A stretch of 64,000 nt of DNA, from assembly GCA_037444665.1 (NCBI GenBank), contig JBBILZ010000006.1, forward strand, positions 56 through 64,055, given 5' to 3'. The notes beneath the pieces were generated by a model, which did no database searches, was not told the DNA's origin, and saw only the letters and a list, made by a program, of their open reading frames with translations. Both the position numbers and the translations under genes were made by a program. The stretch is from a candidate division WOR-3 bacterium (GTDB taxonomy: Bacteria; Hydrothermota; Tepidihabitantia; SM23-42; JAOAFX01). Positions within the stretch are counted from its first letter, which is position 1. Every line of letters starts with the position of its first letter. Shown here in pieces: positions 27,204 through 36,546 of this stretch.

Positions 27204-28241
27204 ATGACAACGATGAAGGCAGTAGTTAAGACAAAACCAGAACCCGGGGCAGAATTAATTGATGTCCCGGTCCCGACACCAGGACCCAACGAGGTCCTGG
27301 TAAAAGTTTTAGCAAGTTCAATCTGCGGCACTGACCTCCATATCTTTCAATGGAATGAATGGGCACAAAAAAGGCTCAAAAAAATTCCTAAGATAATGGG
27401 CCATGAATTATGCGGTCAGGTCGTAGAGGTGGGCAGCAATGTCCAAAATATAAAAAAGGATGATATTATCTCAGCAGAGACACATATTGCCTGTGGCTAT
27501 TGTTTTCTCTGCAGAAATGGTCTTGCCCATATCTGTGAAAATGTGCGGATTTTTGGTGTTGATATTGATGGTGTTTTTGCCGAATATGCAGTTGTGCCCG
27601 CCACAAATGCCTGGGTTATTGAAGAAAAAATACCCAAAGATTATATCTCAGTAATGGAACCGCTGGGCAATGCAATCCACACCGTGCTTGCTGGTGAGAT
27701 TGCGGGTAATAGTGTACTGATTACTGGTTGCGGACCCATCGGGATTATGTCTGTTGCTGTGTGTAAAATTTGTGGTGCAACAAAAATCATTGCAACCGAA
27801 ATCAATGAATACCGATTGCAGCTGGCAAAAAAGATGGGCGCAGATGTAATTTTGAATCCAAAAAAGAATAAAATTCTGGATGCAATTATGCAGCACACAA
27901 ATGGAAAAGGTGTGGATGTGGTCTTAGAGATGTCTGGCAATCAAACTGCAATAACTGATGGATTGAAGGCTTTAAGGCCTGGTGGCAGGTATTCAATTCT
28001 TGGCATCCCTGAGCGTCCAGTAAAGATAGACCTTGCTGAGATAGTCTTCAAATACTTTACAATCCAGGGTATCAATGGCAGGCTAATGTTCTCTACCTGG
28101 TATAAGGCAACACGATTCCTTGCTTCAGGTAAACTTGACCTTGAACAGGTTATTACGCATCGGCTACGACTGGAAGAATTCCAAAAAGGTATGGGATTGA
28201 TGGAAAGCGGGAATTGTGGAAAGATTCTCCTTTATCCTTAA
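27204..28241 (+). CDS. tdh: L-threonine 3-dehydrogenase (Zn-dependent MDR family)
   Basis: GHELCGQVVEVG and a Cys-rich structural Zn site (CGYCFLCRNGLAHIC). Confidence 0.85.
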   Translation: MTTMKAVVKTKPEPGAELIDVPVPTPGPNEVLVKVLASSICGTDLHIFQWNEWAQKRLKKIPKIMGHELCGQVVEVGSNVQNIKKDDIISAETHIACGYCFLCRNGLAHICENVRIFGVDIDGVFAEYAVVPATNAWVIEEKIPKDYISVMEPLGNAIHTVLAGEIAGNSVLITGCGPIGIMSVAVCKICGATKIIATEINEYRLQLAKKMGADVILNPKKNKILDAIMQHTNGKGVDVVLEMSGNQTAITDGLKALRPGGRYSILGIPERPVKIDLAEIVFKYFTIQGINGRLMFSTWYKATRFLASGKLDLEQVITHRLRLEEFQKGMGLMESGNCGKILLYP

Positions 28242-28244
28242 TCA

Positions 28245-28604
28245 GTGATGATAAAAGGCATCGGCATTGACCTCGTTGAATTGAGCCGATTTTCAAAGAT
28301 TTCCGAAGACTTTCTTACACAGGTCTTTAATACCGAGGAGATAGAATCCATTAAAAATAGTCCTTTGAGCTCAGGTATAAAATTTGCTTTAAAAGAGTCA
28401 ATTTTAAAGGCACTGGGTAAAGGACTATATTTTGGTTCTTTCTGGCATAATATTATATTAAAAAATAATAAAGCAACTGTCAAGGGCGTGCTCAGAGATA
28501 ATTTATCTGACCGTGACCATATTCATACCGCAAACTGCCATTCAAAGCAATATGCCTGTGCGATTGCAATAATTGAAGATAGTATTAACTGGAGCCCATC
28601 TTGA
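28245..28604 (+). CDS. acpS: Holo-[acyl-carrier-protein] synthase (4'-phosphopantetheinyl transferase)
   Basis: An N-terminus of GIGIDLVEL..R and about 120 aa overall fit AcpS. Confidence 0.7.
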   Translation: MMIKGIGIDLVELSRFSKISEDFLTQVFNTEEIESIKNSPLSSGIKFALKESILKALGKGLYFGSFWHNIILKNNKATVKGVLRDNLSDRDHIHTANCHSKQYACAIAIIEDSINWSPS

Positions 28605-28637
28605 AGGTTCAATTTAAAACCAAAACGCAGAGAGGTT

Positions 28638-30353
28638 ATGATGTCAAAACAACCATCTAATATTGGTTCTTATGAAAAAAGATATAGAAATTTTAATTGG
28701 CAGCAGAGTGAAGAAGAACTTGAATATGGAAAGAATGGTAATTATAACATAGGATATTTTTGCAGTGATAGAATCTGCGAACTTGGATTCGGTAGTAAAC
28801 TTGCCTTAATATGGCAGGGGTTCAGTGGCGAAATAAAACAATATACATACGATGATGTACGAATCAATAGTAATAAATTTGCACATTTTCTTAACTCGCT
28901 CGGAATTAAACCGGGTGAACGGGTGTGCATATTTATGGACCGAATTCCAGAATTGTATATCTCTTTTATTGGAGTCCTTAAGGCAGGATTTATTGTCCAG
29001 CCCCTTTTTTCAGCATTTGGTGAAGAGGCATTATTCACCCGTCTTGATGATGCAAAAACCTGTGCTATTCTGACCACACGCAAACATCTTTCTAAGATCC
29101 GTAAGATCAAAGCACAGTTACCAGCATTGAAACACATAATTGTCCTGCATAATGAAGGCAAACCACTTGAGGAAAGAGAGATAGAATTTAATATGGACGA
29201 TTACCAGAAGATTGAAAACTTTCCTGTGTATAAAGTAGACAAAGAGACCCCTTCTGTTTTACACTATACTTCAGGGACAACAGGTAAACCCAAAGGTGCG
29301 CTCCATGTCCATTCTTCAATCATTGCACAATACATTACAGCAAAATGGGTCCTTGACCTGAAACCAGATGATCTCTACTGGTGCACTGCTGACCCGGGCT
29401 GGGTTACTGGCACTTCTTATGGCATCATTGGTCCCTGGTCACTCGGCATTACCCAGGCAGTATACGACATTGGATTCAATACAGAAAAGTGGTATGCATT
29501 TATTGAAAAGCACAAAATAACAGTATGGTATACTGCACCCACTGCAATCAGACTTTTAATGAAAGAGGGCGAAGCAGTTGTAAAAAAATACAATCTAACA
29601 TCTTTACGCCATCTTATCAGCGTAGGCGAACCATTGAATGCTGAGGCAGTCATCTGGTCAGAAAAGGTATTTGGATTACCATTCCATGACTCTTACTGGC
29701 AGACAGAGACTGGCTCAATTGTTATCTCAAACTATCCAGGGATGAAGATAAAACCAGGCTCAATGGGCAAAGCCTTTCCTGGTATTGTCGCAGTTGTTGT
29801 TGACCCTAAAAAATATGAGCCAATAAACACACCTGGTTCAATTGGATTGATTGCCTTAAAACCGGGTTGGCCATCAATGACGAGGGCATACTGGAACAAC
29901 AAAGAAACTTATGATAATAAATTTAAGAATGGCTGGTATATCTGTGGAGACCGTGCCTATCTTGATAATGAAGGATACTTCTGGTTTGTGGGCAGGGATG
30001 ATGATGTGATAAATACTGCAGGCCATTTGGTTGGACCATTTGAAATAGAATCTGCCCTGCTTGAACATCCTGCAGTTGCTGAATCTGCAGCAGTGGGAAA
30101 ACCAGACCAGGTGAATATGGAGGTAGTTAAGGCATTCGTTGCCTTGAAACCAGGTTATAAACCAAGCAATGACCTGGAACTTGATATTATGAACTTCATC
30201 AGAAAAAAATTATCACCCCTGGCAATGCCTCAGGAAATTGAATTTGTTGATTCTCTGCCCAAGACAAGAAGCGGTAAAATTATGCGCCGCCTCTTAAGGG
30301 CAAGAGAATGGGGTGAAGAGATTGGTGATATATCCACCTTAGAAAATGATTAA
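28638..30353 (+). CDS. AMP-forming acyl-CoA / acyl-ACP synthetase
   Basis: YTSGTTGKPKG AMP-binding motif, with GDRAY and ...TRSGKIMRR at the C-terminus. Confidence 0.75.
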   Translation: MMSKQPSNIGSYEKRYRNFNWQQSEEELEYGKNGNYNIGYFCSDRICELGFGSKLALIWQGFSGEIKQYTYDDVRINSNKFAHFLNSLGIKPGERVCIFMDRIPELYISFIGVLKAGFIVQPLFSAFGEEALFTRLDDAKTCAILTTRKHLSKIRKIKAQLPALKHIIVLHNEGKPLEEREIEFNMDDYQKIENFPVYKVDKETPSVLHYTSGTTGKPKGALHVHSSIIAQYITAKWVLDLKPDDLYWCTADPGWVTGTSYGIIGPWSLGITQAVYDIGFNTEKWYAFIEKHKITVWYTAPTAIRLLMKEGEAVVKKYNLTSLRHLISVGEPLNAEAVIWSEKVFGLPFHDSYWQTETGSIVISNYPGMKIKPGSMGKAFPGIVAVVVDPKKYEPINTPGSIGLIALKPGWPSMTRAYWNNKETYDNKFKNGWYICGDRAYLDNEGYFWFVGRDDDVINTAGHLVGPFEIESALLEHPAVAESAAVGKPDQVNMEVVKAFVALKPGYKPSNDLELDIMNFIRKKLSPLAMPQEIEFVDSLPKTRSGKIMRRLLRAREWGEEIGDISTLEND

Positions 30354-30365
30354 AGGGAGGAATTT

Positions 30366-30626
30366 ATGGGTGAAGATTTAAAAAAAATAATCATTGATTA
30401 TGTAAAGAAAGAGTATCTTGACGAAGATTCAGACCAGGAGATTACTGAAAATACTCCTTTGATTTCCAGTGGAATTGTGGACTCATTCTCTATGGTTTCA
30501 CTCAAAACATTTCTGGAGAAAAAATTTAATATAAAGATTCCTGATGAGAAAGCAACGACCGATGCCTTTGATACTGTGAACAATATTATCAAACTCCTTG
30601 GCGAATTTGTAAAGATTGATACATAA
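30366..30626 (+). CDS. Acyl carrier protein-like (phosphopantetheine attachment)
   Basis: 86 aa and acidic, with an IVDSFSMVSL (D-S-x) attachment-site-like motif. Confidence 0.55.
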   Translation: MGEDLKKIIIDYVKKEYLDEDSDQEITENTPLISSGIVDSFSMVSLKTFLEKKFNIKIPDEKATTDAFDTVNNIIKLLGEFVKIDT

Positions 30627-30664
30627 AAATTCTTTAAGATTAAAAATTTATCAGCGGAGGAATT

Positions 30665-31912
30665 ATGGCGTTTGACAACAAAATAAGAGAATTTTTTTCA
30701 AATGAATTAAAAGGCATTAAGGAAAAAGGACTTTTCAAAGAAGAAAGATTTATTGCCTCACCACAGTCCGCAATGATAAAGGTTGAATATCCTGCTGGTG
30801 CACCACCAAAAGAAGTTATAAATTTCTGTGCCAATAATTATTTGGGATTATCAAGCCATCCTGAGGTAGTGAAGGCAGCGCACGAAGGGCTTGAAAATCG
30901 TGGTTATGGTATGTCCTCGGTCCGTTTTATCTGCGGCACACAAGATATTCATCGTGAACTTGAGAAAAAACTTACTGAATTCTTAGGAACTGAAGACACG
31001 GTCCTTTTTCCATCTTGTATGGATGCCAATGCCGGAGTATTTGATGTTGTCTTAGATAAAGAAGATGCAATGATTGCAGACCGTCTTGTCCACGCATCCA
31101 TTGTTGATGGAATGAAACTCTGCAAAGCACAGCTTTACAATTACAAACACCTCAATATGGCACATCTTGAAGAAAAATTACAGGAAACACAAAACTGCCG
31201 TTTTAGAATGATTATTACTGATGGTGTATTTTCAATGGATGGGGATATTGCACCCCTTGATAAGATCTGCGAGCTTGCTGAAAAGTATAATGCAATGGTA
31301 ATGGTTGACGATTCACATGCTACTGGATTTTTAGGAAAAAGTGGCAGAGGCACACATGAACATTGTGGTGTTGTGGGCAAGATTGATATCATCACTACCA
31401 CTTTGGGCAAGGCAATGGGTGGTGCATCAGGTGGATGTGTGAGCGGTCGTAAGGAGATTGTTGAGATGTGCCGTCAGCGCGCCCGCCCCTATCTTTTTTC
31501 CAATACTATTCCGCCCGTAGTAGTGGCAGCAGCAAATAAGGTGGTTGACCTGATTGCCAGTACTACAAAACTGCGCGACAAATTAGAAGAGAACACCAAA
31601 TATTTTCGTGCAAAGATGAAAGAAGCAGGTCTGGATATAAGAGAAGGGGTCCACCCTATTGTGCCCGTAATGTTATATAATGCAAAACTCGCTCAGGATA
31701 TGGCGCGCGATTTGTATGACGAAGGTATATATGTGGTCGGTTTCTTCTTCCCGGTTGTGCCACAAGGTCAGGCAAGGATTCGTGTTCAAATTTCAGCGGT
31801 CCACGAAAAAGAGCACCTTGATAAGGCGATTGAGGCATTCAAAAAGGTTGGCGCAAAGTATAATATCCTTGGCAAAAAGAAAGAAGAGATTATTGCGATG
31901 TATGGACTATAA
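30665..31912 (+). CDS. kbl: 2-amino-3-ketobutyrate CoA ligase (glycine C-acetyltransferase)
   Basis: Long stretches are near-identical to canonical Kbl: GLFKEER, NFCANNYLGL, SVRFICGTQD, DGVFSMDG, MVDDSHA and GFFFPVVPQGQARIR. Confidence 0.9.
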   Translation: MAFDNKIREFFSNELKGIKEKGLFKEERFIASPQSAMIKVEYPAGAPPKEVINFCANNYLGLSSHPEVVKAAHEGLENRGYGMSSVRFICGTQDIHRELEKKLTEFLGTEDTVLFPSCMDANAGVFDVVLDKEDAMIADRLVHASIVDGMKLCKAQLYNYKHLNMAHLEEKLQETQNCRFRMIITDGVFSMDGDIAPLDKICELAEKYNAMVMVDDSHATGFLGKSGRGTHEHCGVVGKIDIITTTLGKAMGGASGGCVSGRKEIVEMCRQRARPYLFSNTIPPVVVAAANKVVDLIASTTKLRDKLEENTKYFRAKMKEAGLDIREGVHPIVPVMLYNAKLAQDMARDLYDEGIYVVGFFFPVVPQGQARIRVQISAVHEKEHLDKAIEAFKKVGAKYNILGKKKEEIIAMYGL

Positions 31913-32028
31913 AACAAGGGAGATAAAGGGATATTAAGGGATATCAGGGGTAATCACGGAACGCTTGATAATTTTTACCCTTAATTACCCATTATAACCC
32001 CTAATTCCCCTTAATAACCCCTGTTAAA
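31913..32028. repeat. Imperfect palindromic array of GGG(A/T)TAT / TTAA(T)NACCCC repeats
   Basis: aagggatattaagggatatcagggg ... ttaccc ttaattaccc attataacccc taattcccc ttaataacccc forms inverted halves around about 31970. Confidence 0.45.
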
Positions 32029-33156
32029 ATGAATACCTCTGATGTAATCATCATTGGTGGTGGAATTATTGGTTGTGCAACTGGTTATTATTTAACTAAA
32101 AAGGGTTTAAAGGTCTATCTCTTTGAAAAGGATTACCTAACTGCTGGTTCAACAGGACGCTGTATTGGTGGTATAAGACAGCAATTTTCAACAGAATTGA
32201 GTATAAAAATTGCAATGGAATCAGTAAAAAAATTTAAGGTGATGGAACAAGAACTTGGGATGGATGTGGAGTTTGAGCAGGATGGTTATCTATTCCTTGC
32301 ACACAATAAAGAAAAAGAAGAAACTTATAAAGGTTTGATTGCACTACAGCAAAGAATGGGTCTGGATGTTGAGTATGTGGATGTTCAAACAATTCAAAAG
32401 ATCGTGCCAGGCATAAATACGGAAGGTCTTTTAGGTGGTGCTTATTGTCCTTCAGATGGACAGGCAAATCCATTTTTAGTAGTTGATGGTTATGCCCGCA
32501 GAATAAAAGAAAAGGGTAAAATCTTTAGCCATTGTGCAGTAACAAAAATAAATCTACAGGGGAATAAAGTAAATTCAATTACTACAATTAATGGTGAGAC
32601 ATACTATGCACCGATTATTGTCAATGCCACAGGACCGTTTATCAGAGATTTCTCGCGCCATTTAGGAATTGACATTCCAGTCTATCCAGAACGGCATGAA
32701 TCACTGATTACCGAGCCCATAGAAGTTTTTTTCCGTCCAATGGTTGTTGATTATCGTCCTGATGGTTGTTATTTCCATCAAAAGGCAAAACAGGGAAGTA
32801 TTATTGGATGTTATACACCAGTTCCGAATGTGCCAGGCAATGACCTTGGTTCTTCTTTTGAATTTATAAAAGAGATGGGCAGAAGAATGGCACGGTTAAT
32901 CCCCAAACTTGAAAATATAAAGATTATCAGGCAATGGTCAGGCAGTTATGAGATGACCCCTGATGGCAATCCGATTCTGGATAAAACGCCAATTGATGGA
33001 TTATGGATTATCAGTGGATTCTGTGGTCATGGCTTTATGCTCGGTCCAGAAATTGGCTATGTCTCTGCAGAATATATTACTGCGGGCAAACCCCCTTATG
33101 ATATAAGTGAATTTGCACTCAATCGCGACTTCTCCCGACGGGAATTAATGAAATAG
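32029..33156 (+). CDS. FAD-dependent oxidoreductase (DAO family; glycine/D-amino-acid oxidase-like)
   Basis: N-terminus VIIIGGGIIGCATGYYL...YLFEK (Rossmann FAD-binding), 375 aa. Confidence 0.7.
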   Translation: MNTSDVIIIGGGIIGCATGYYLTKKGLKVYLFEKDYLTAGSTGRCIGGIRQQFSTELSIKIAMESVKKFKVMEQELGMDVEFEQDGYLFLAHNKEKEETYKGLIALQQRMGLDVEYVDVQTIQKIVPGINTEGLLGGAYCPSDGQANPFLVVDGYARRIKEKGKIFSHCAVTKINLQGNKVNSITTINGETYYAPIIVNATGPFIRDFSRHLGIDIPVYPERHESLITEPIEVFFRPMVVDYRPDGCYFHQKAKQGSIIGCYTPVPNVPGNDLGSSFEFIKEMGRRMARLIPKLENIKIIRQWSGSYEMTPDGNPILDKTPIDGLWIISGFCGHGFMLGPEIGYVSAEYITAGKPPYDISEFALNRDFSRRELMK

Positions 33157-33159
33157 ATA

Positions 33160-34578
33160 CTACGCATAATTTTTAACCATTTTCCACAGAGTATTTATTT
33201 TTTTGAGAAAAATTCTATTTTTTATATGGGCGAAGAATTTTTGGGATTTTTCAAGATATCCCTTTGCTTCTTTATACCTTTTTTGTAGTAACAAAAATTC
33301 TGCATAAGAATAATAGATCCTTGCCAGTTCGTATTTATCATTCAATTTTTTGTGAGTTTTAATTGCTAATTTAAAATATTTCTCCGCCCCATCTAAATTT
33401 CCTTTCTCGTATTCAAATTTTGCCCGCAGGTGCATTACCATTGCAAGTTCTTTTTTAAAATTCAGTGTGTTGACAATTTTTTGAGCTTTGCTCAAACATC
33501 TTCCTGCACCTTCAAGATTTTTTTCTGCCAGTTCAAGTTCGCCCATCAGAACTGAAATCCAGAGTGCAAATATCTTGTTGGATCTCGCCGCTTCCAGAAT
33601 CTTTGCCCTGGTAAAATAATCCCTTGCTTTTTTAAAGTTTCCTAATTCCTGATAAACCCCACCTGCATCAAGATAGACAATAACCTGACCCCTCATATCA
33701 TTTATTTCTTTATATATTTGTAGCGAACTATGAAAATAGTTTAATGCCTTTTTATAACTACCAAATTCGTTATGAATATTTCCAAGATTGTAATAACATA
33801 AACCTATACCGCGTCGGTAATTGATTTCTTTAAATATCAATAATGCCCTTTCAAAATGTCTTAATGATTGTGTATAATCGCCAAGCACTTGACAGATATT
33901 TCCTATATTGATAACTGCAAGTCCTATTGCAATACGGTCTCCTATTTTTTCAACTATCTTTAATGATTCGCGGTAAAAATCTAATGCCTTTGCATAATTA
34001 CCAAGGTCCGTCTGAATAATCCCTAAATTATTTAGCGTTAAGCCCAAACCACGACTGTCCCTGGTCTTCATTTTCAGTTTTATTGATTCTGAATAACATT
34101 TTAGCGCCCTTTGATAATTACCGAGGAAATGATACACATTACCAAGATTATTATATACGGTTGCCACACCCTGTGAATCCTTAAGTTTTTTATATATATT
34201 CAAAGATTTTTGATAAACCTTAAAAGCCAACGCGTAATTACCGGTTCTAAAAAATATATTTCCAAGACGGCTAAAACAAGTAGCCTTAATCTTTTTACCA
34301 GCAATTTTATTGGATAATTGTAGTGCCTCCATAGTAATTTCTTTCGCCTCATTATATTTACTTATTGAAAAATAGACTTGAGATAATCTTAAAAAGGCTG
34401 AAATTATCCAGTCTATATTATCTGTTTTCTTTGATTCAATTACTGCCCGCTCTGCATCGTTGAATGCTGAATTATTTGCCCCAATTAAATTATAGACACC
34501 TGACCTGCCCTCAAGTGCCTTGATGAGTAATTCTTTTCTTAAATTTTTAATTGAAGGAATATTAACTAAGTTGGTCAT
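33160..34578 (-). CDS. TPR repeat protein
   Basis: About 10 consecutive TPRs (xLGNxYxxxGNYxxAL). Confidence 0.5.
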   Translation of the reverse strand: MTNLVNIPSIKNLRKELLIKALEGRSGVYNLIGANNSAFNDAERAVIESKKTDNIDWIISAFLRLSQVYFSISKYNEAKEITMEALQLSNKIAGKKIKATCFSRLGNIFFRTGNYALAFKVYQKSLNIYKKLKDSQGVATVYNNLGNVYHFLGNYQRALKCYSESIKLKMKTRDSRGLGLTLNNLGIIQTDLGNYAKALDFYRESLKIVEKIGDRIAIGLAVINIGNICQVLGDYTQSLRHFERALLIFKEINYRRGIGLCYYNLGNIHNEFGSYKKALNYFHSSLQIYKEINDMRGQVIVYLDAGGVYQELGNFKKARDYFTRAKILEAARSNKIFALWISVLMGELELAEKNLEGAGRCLSKAQKIVNTLNFKKELAMVMHLRAKFEYEKGNLDGAEKYFKLAIKTHKKLNDKYELARIYYSYAEFLLLQKRYKEAKGYLEKSQKFFAHIKNRIFLKKINTLWKMVKNYA

Positions 34579-34682
34579 TATGATTCTTAAAATAACTTAT
34601 GCGCCAAATATTTTAATTAATCCTGACAAAAAGTCAACCATTTACCTTTATATTAATTGAGAAAACCCAGCAATCTCTTATC

Positions 34683-34710
34683 TTGACAGAAATTTTTCCT
34701 TCATTATAAT
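34683..34710 (+). promoter_or_regulatory. Promoter TTGACA-16-TATAAT, 9 nt before the ATG at 34720
   Basis: TTGACAgaaatttttccttcatTATAATcataaaactATG. Confidence 0.5.
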
Positions 34711-34719
34711 CATAAAACT

Positions 34720-36444
34720 ATGCGTGGGAAAAAGATTCTGGATAAATCAAAAATTATTCACCAAAAATCTACTTCTACAAAAAAATCTTTAATACTGATA
34801 TTAATAGTAATAATTGGATTAGGCTCTTTTCTAAGGGTATGGGGTTTTAACTGGGGTATACCACAAAAACCATACTGGCGGCCTTTGTATCAAGATGAAG
34901 CATTTATAATAGGGATGCTATTGCGTATGAATCCTCAGGATTTAAATCCGCATTATTTTATAAATCCTTCTTTCCATTACTACACAATTTTAATCTCAAT
35001 AAAAATAGCGCAGGCTTTTGGCTATGCAAAAACCTTCTCTCAACCTGTGAAACTTAATCTTTATGGCTTGCCCACGGAGAAGACCATAGTTAAGGACTAT
35101 CGAGAAATCTTTATTATTGCACGATTACTGGCAGTAATAGAGGGGATATTATCACTATTGTTAGTCTATTATATTGCGACAAAACTGTATGGTCAAAAAA
35201 CAGGCATACTGACAACCGCCATTTTTTCTATCCTTCCCACGCCCGCATTTCAAATGCACTTCTTTGTTGCAGATGGTCCCGCATTATTCTGGGCATTGCT
35301 GGCATTGGCATATTTAGTAAAAGTTCATCAAAAATCTGATATCCCTAAAACATGGTTTGTAGTCTCAGGAATCTTTCTTGGCTTAGCAATTGGTGCAAAA
35401 TATTTGAATATTTTATTGATTTTCCCGTTTTTAACAATATTGCTATTAAATTTACGATTACCTAAAAGAAAATTGATTTTTAATTTAATCATTTCCTTAT
35501 TTATCATAATCTTAGTTTTTTTAATAACCACTCCGCATGCACTAATTTCCTGGAAAGAATTCCTTTTTGGAAACGAAGAAGAATTTGGCGGCATATTTGG
35601 TAGTGCTGGTTTACTTGCATACAATCGTTATCCGGCAAATTTTTTAAAACCATTCACTGTTGGACTCTATTATTCATTGAGATTGCCACTGTTTTTAATT
35701 GCTATTTGTAGTCTCTTTTTTTCTTTATATTTTCGTAGACCAGCATCATTGATTCTCCTTTCATTTATTATCCCCTTTTATGTAATAATGATAATCAGCC
35801 CTTCACCCCATTTAAGGCATACCTTGCCGGTATTGCCATTCTTTGCAATAATGATGGCACACTTTATCACAGCAATATTGCGTATGCTTAAAAATTTTTA
35901 TCTCAAATATCTGGTGGGTTTCTGTTTATTAATTTCTCTTTTGTATACATTTTTTTACACCTTAGCTTTTATTCAAAGGATGACCCACAAAGACACGCGT
36001 ATCGCATGTGCTGATTGGTTTTTTTATAATATCTTATATGGTACAAGTATTGGTGCACCGACAATAATGCCATTTCGTTATACACCTCCTCTTGAATGGC
36101 GAGAATATAACGGCAACAAATTGGCACCAAAAGATGATGACCTTCTGGCAAACCCACCTTTTGCAGGAATAAAGACAAATTATGATTATGAATTTCTTAA
36201 AGCTTTAGCTCCTGAATACTTTATTATCACCCAGACTGAAATTGAGGAACATCCATACACAACATTCAGTAAATTTCAGAGCAGGGCATTTGTGAAACGC
36301 TTATTTAAAGAAGAAGATTACCAATTAATAAAGGTATTTAAACAAGACTTTAAAATTCTAAGTATTAAATGCAAACCCGATTTTCCAAATATAGATTGGA
36401 ATCCAGTAAGTCAAGAAATTTATCTTTTCAAATTAAAATATTGA
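34720..36444 (+). CDS. GT-C family membrane glycosyltransferase (ArnT/PMT-like)
   Basis: Polytopic membrane protein with an early DE motif (YQDEAF) in the first loop and a large C-terminal soluble domain. Confidence 0.45.
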   Translation: MRGKKILDKSKIIHQKSTSTKKSLILILIVIIGLGSFLRVWGFNWGIPQKPYWRPLYQDEAFIIGMLLRMNPQDLNPHYFINPSFHYYTILISIKIAQAFGYAKTFSQPVKLNLYGLPTEKTIVKDYREIFIIARLLAVIEGILSLLLVYYIATKLYGQKTGILTTAIFSILPTPAFQMHFFVADGPALFWALLALAYLVKVHQKSDIPKTWFVVSGIFLGLAIGAKYLNILLIFPFLTILLLNLRLPKRKLIFNLIISLFIIILVFLITTPHALISWKEFLFGNEEEFGGIFGSAGLLAYNRYPANFLKPFTVGLYYSLRLPLFLIAICSLFFSLYFRRPASLILLSFIIPFYVIMIISPSPHLRHTLPVLPFFAIMMAHFITAILRMLKNFYLKYLVGFCLLISLLYTFFYTLAFIQRMTHKDTRIACADWFFYNILYGTSIGAPTIMPFRYTPPLEWREYNGNKLAPKDDDLLANPPFAGIKTNYDYEFLKALAPEYFIITQTEIEEHPYTTFSKFQSRAFVKRLFKEEDYQLIKVFKQDFKILSIKCKPDFPNIDWNPVSQEIYLFKLKY

Positions 36445-36512
36445 ATAAAATATTCCACTAATTTACAATAAAATAATTAGCCACAAAATTTTTATTTTTA
36501 TTCATCAAATTA

Positions 36513-36546
36513 TTGACATAATAAAAGAAATGTATATTATATAGAT
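36513..36546 (+). promoter_or_regulatory. Promoter TTGACA-16-TATTAT, 6 nt from the tgt ATG (leaderless configuration)
   Basis: TTGACAtaataaaagaaatgtaTATTATatagatATG. Confidence 0.5.

Noticed and set aside
30665-31912. Alpha-oxoamine synthase as serine palmitoyltransferase (sphingolipid synthesis), suggested by the adjacent ACP and acyl-ACP synthetase
   Set aside because: The sequence matches canonical Kbl over nearly its whole length (GLFKEER, NFCANNYLGL, GFFFPVVPQGQARIR), and tdh is upstream. The lipid hypothesis is kept only as a low-confidence context note.
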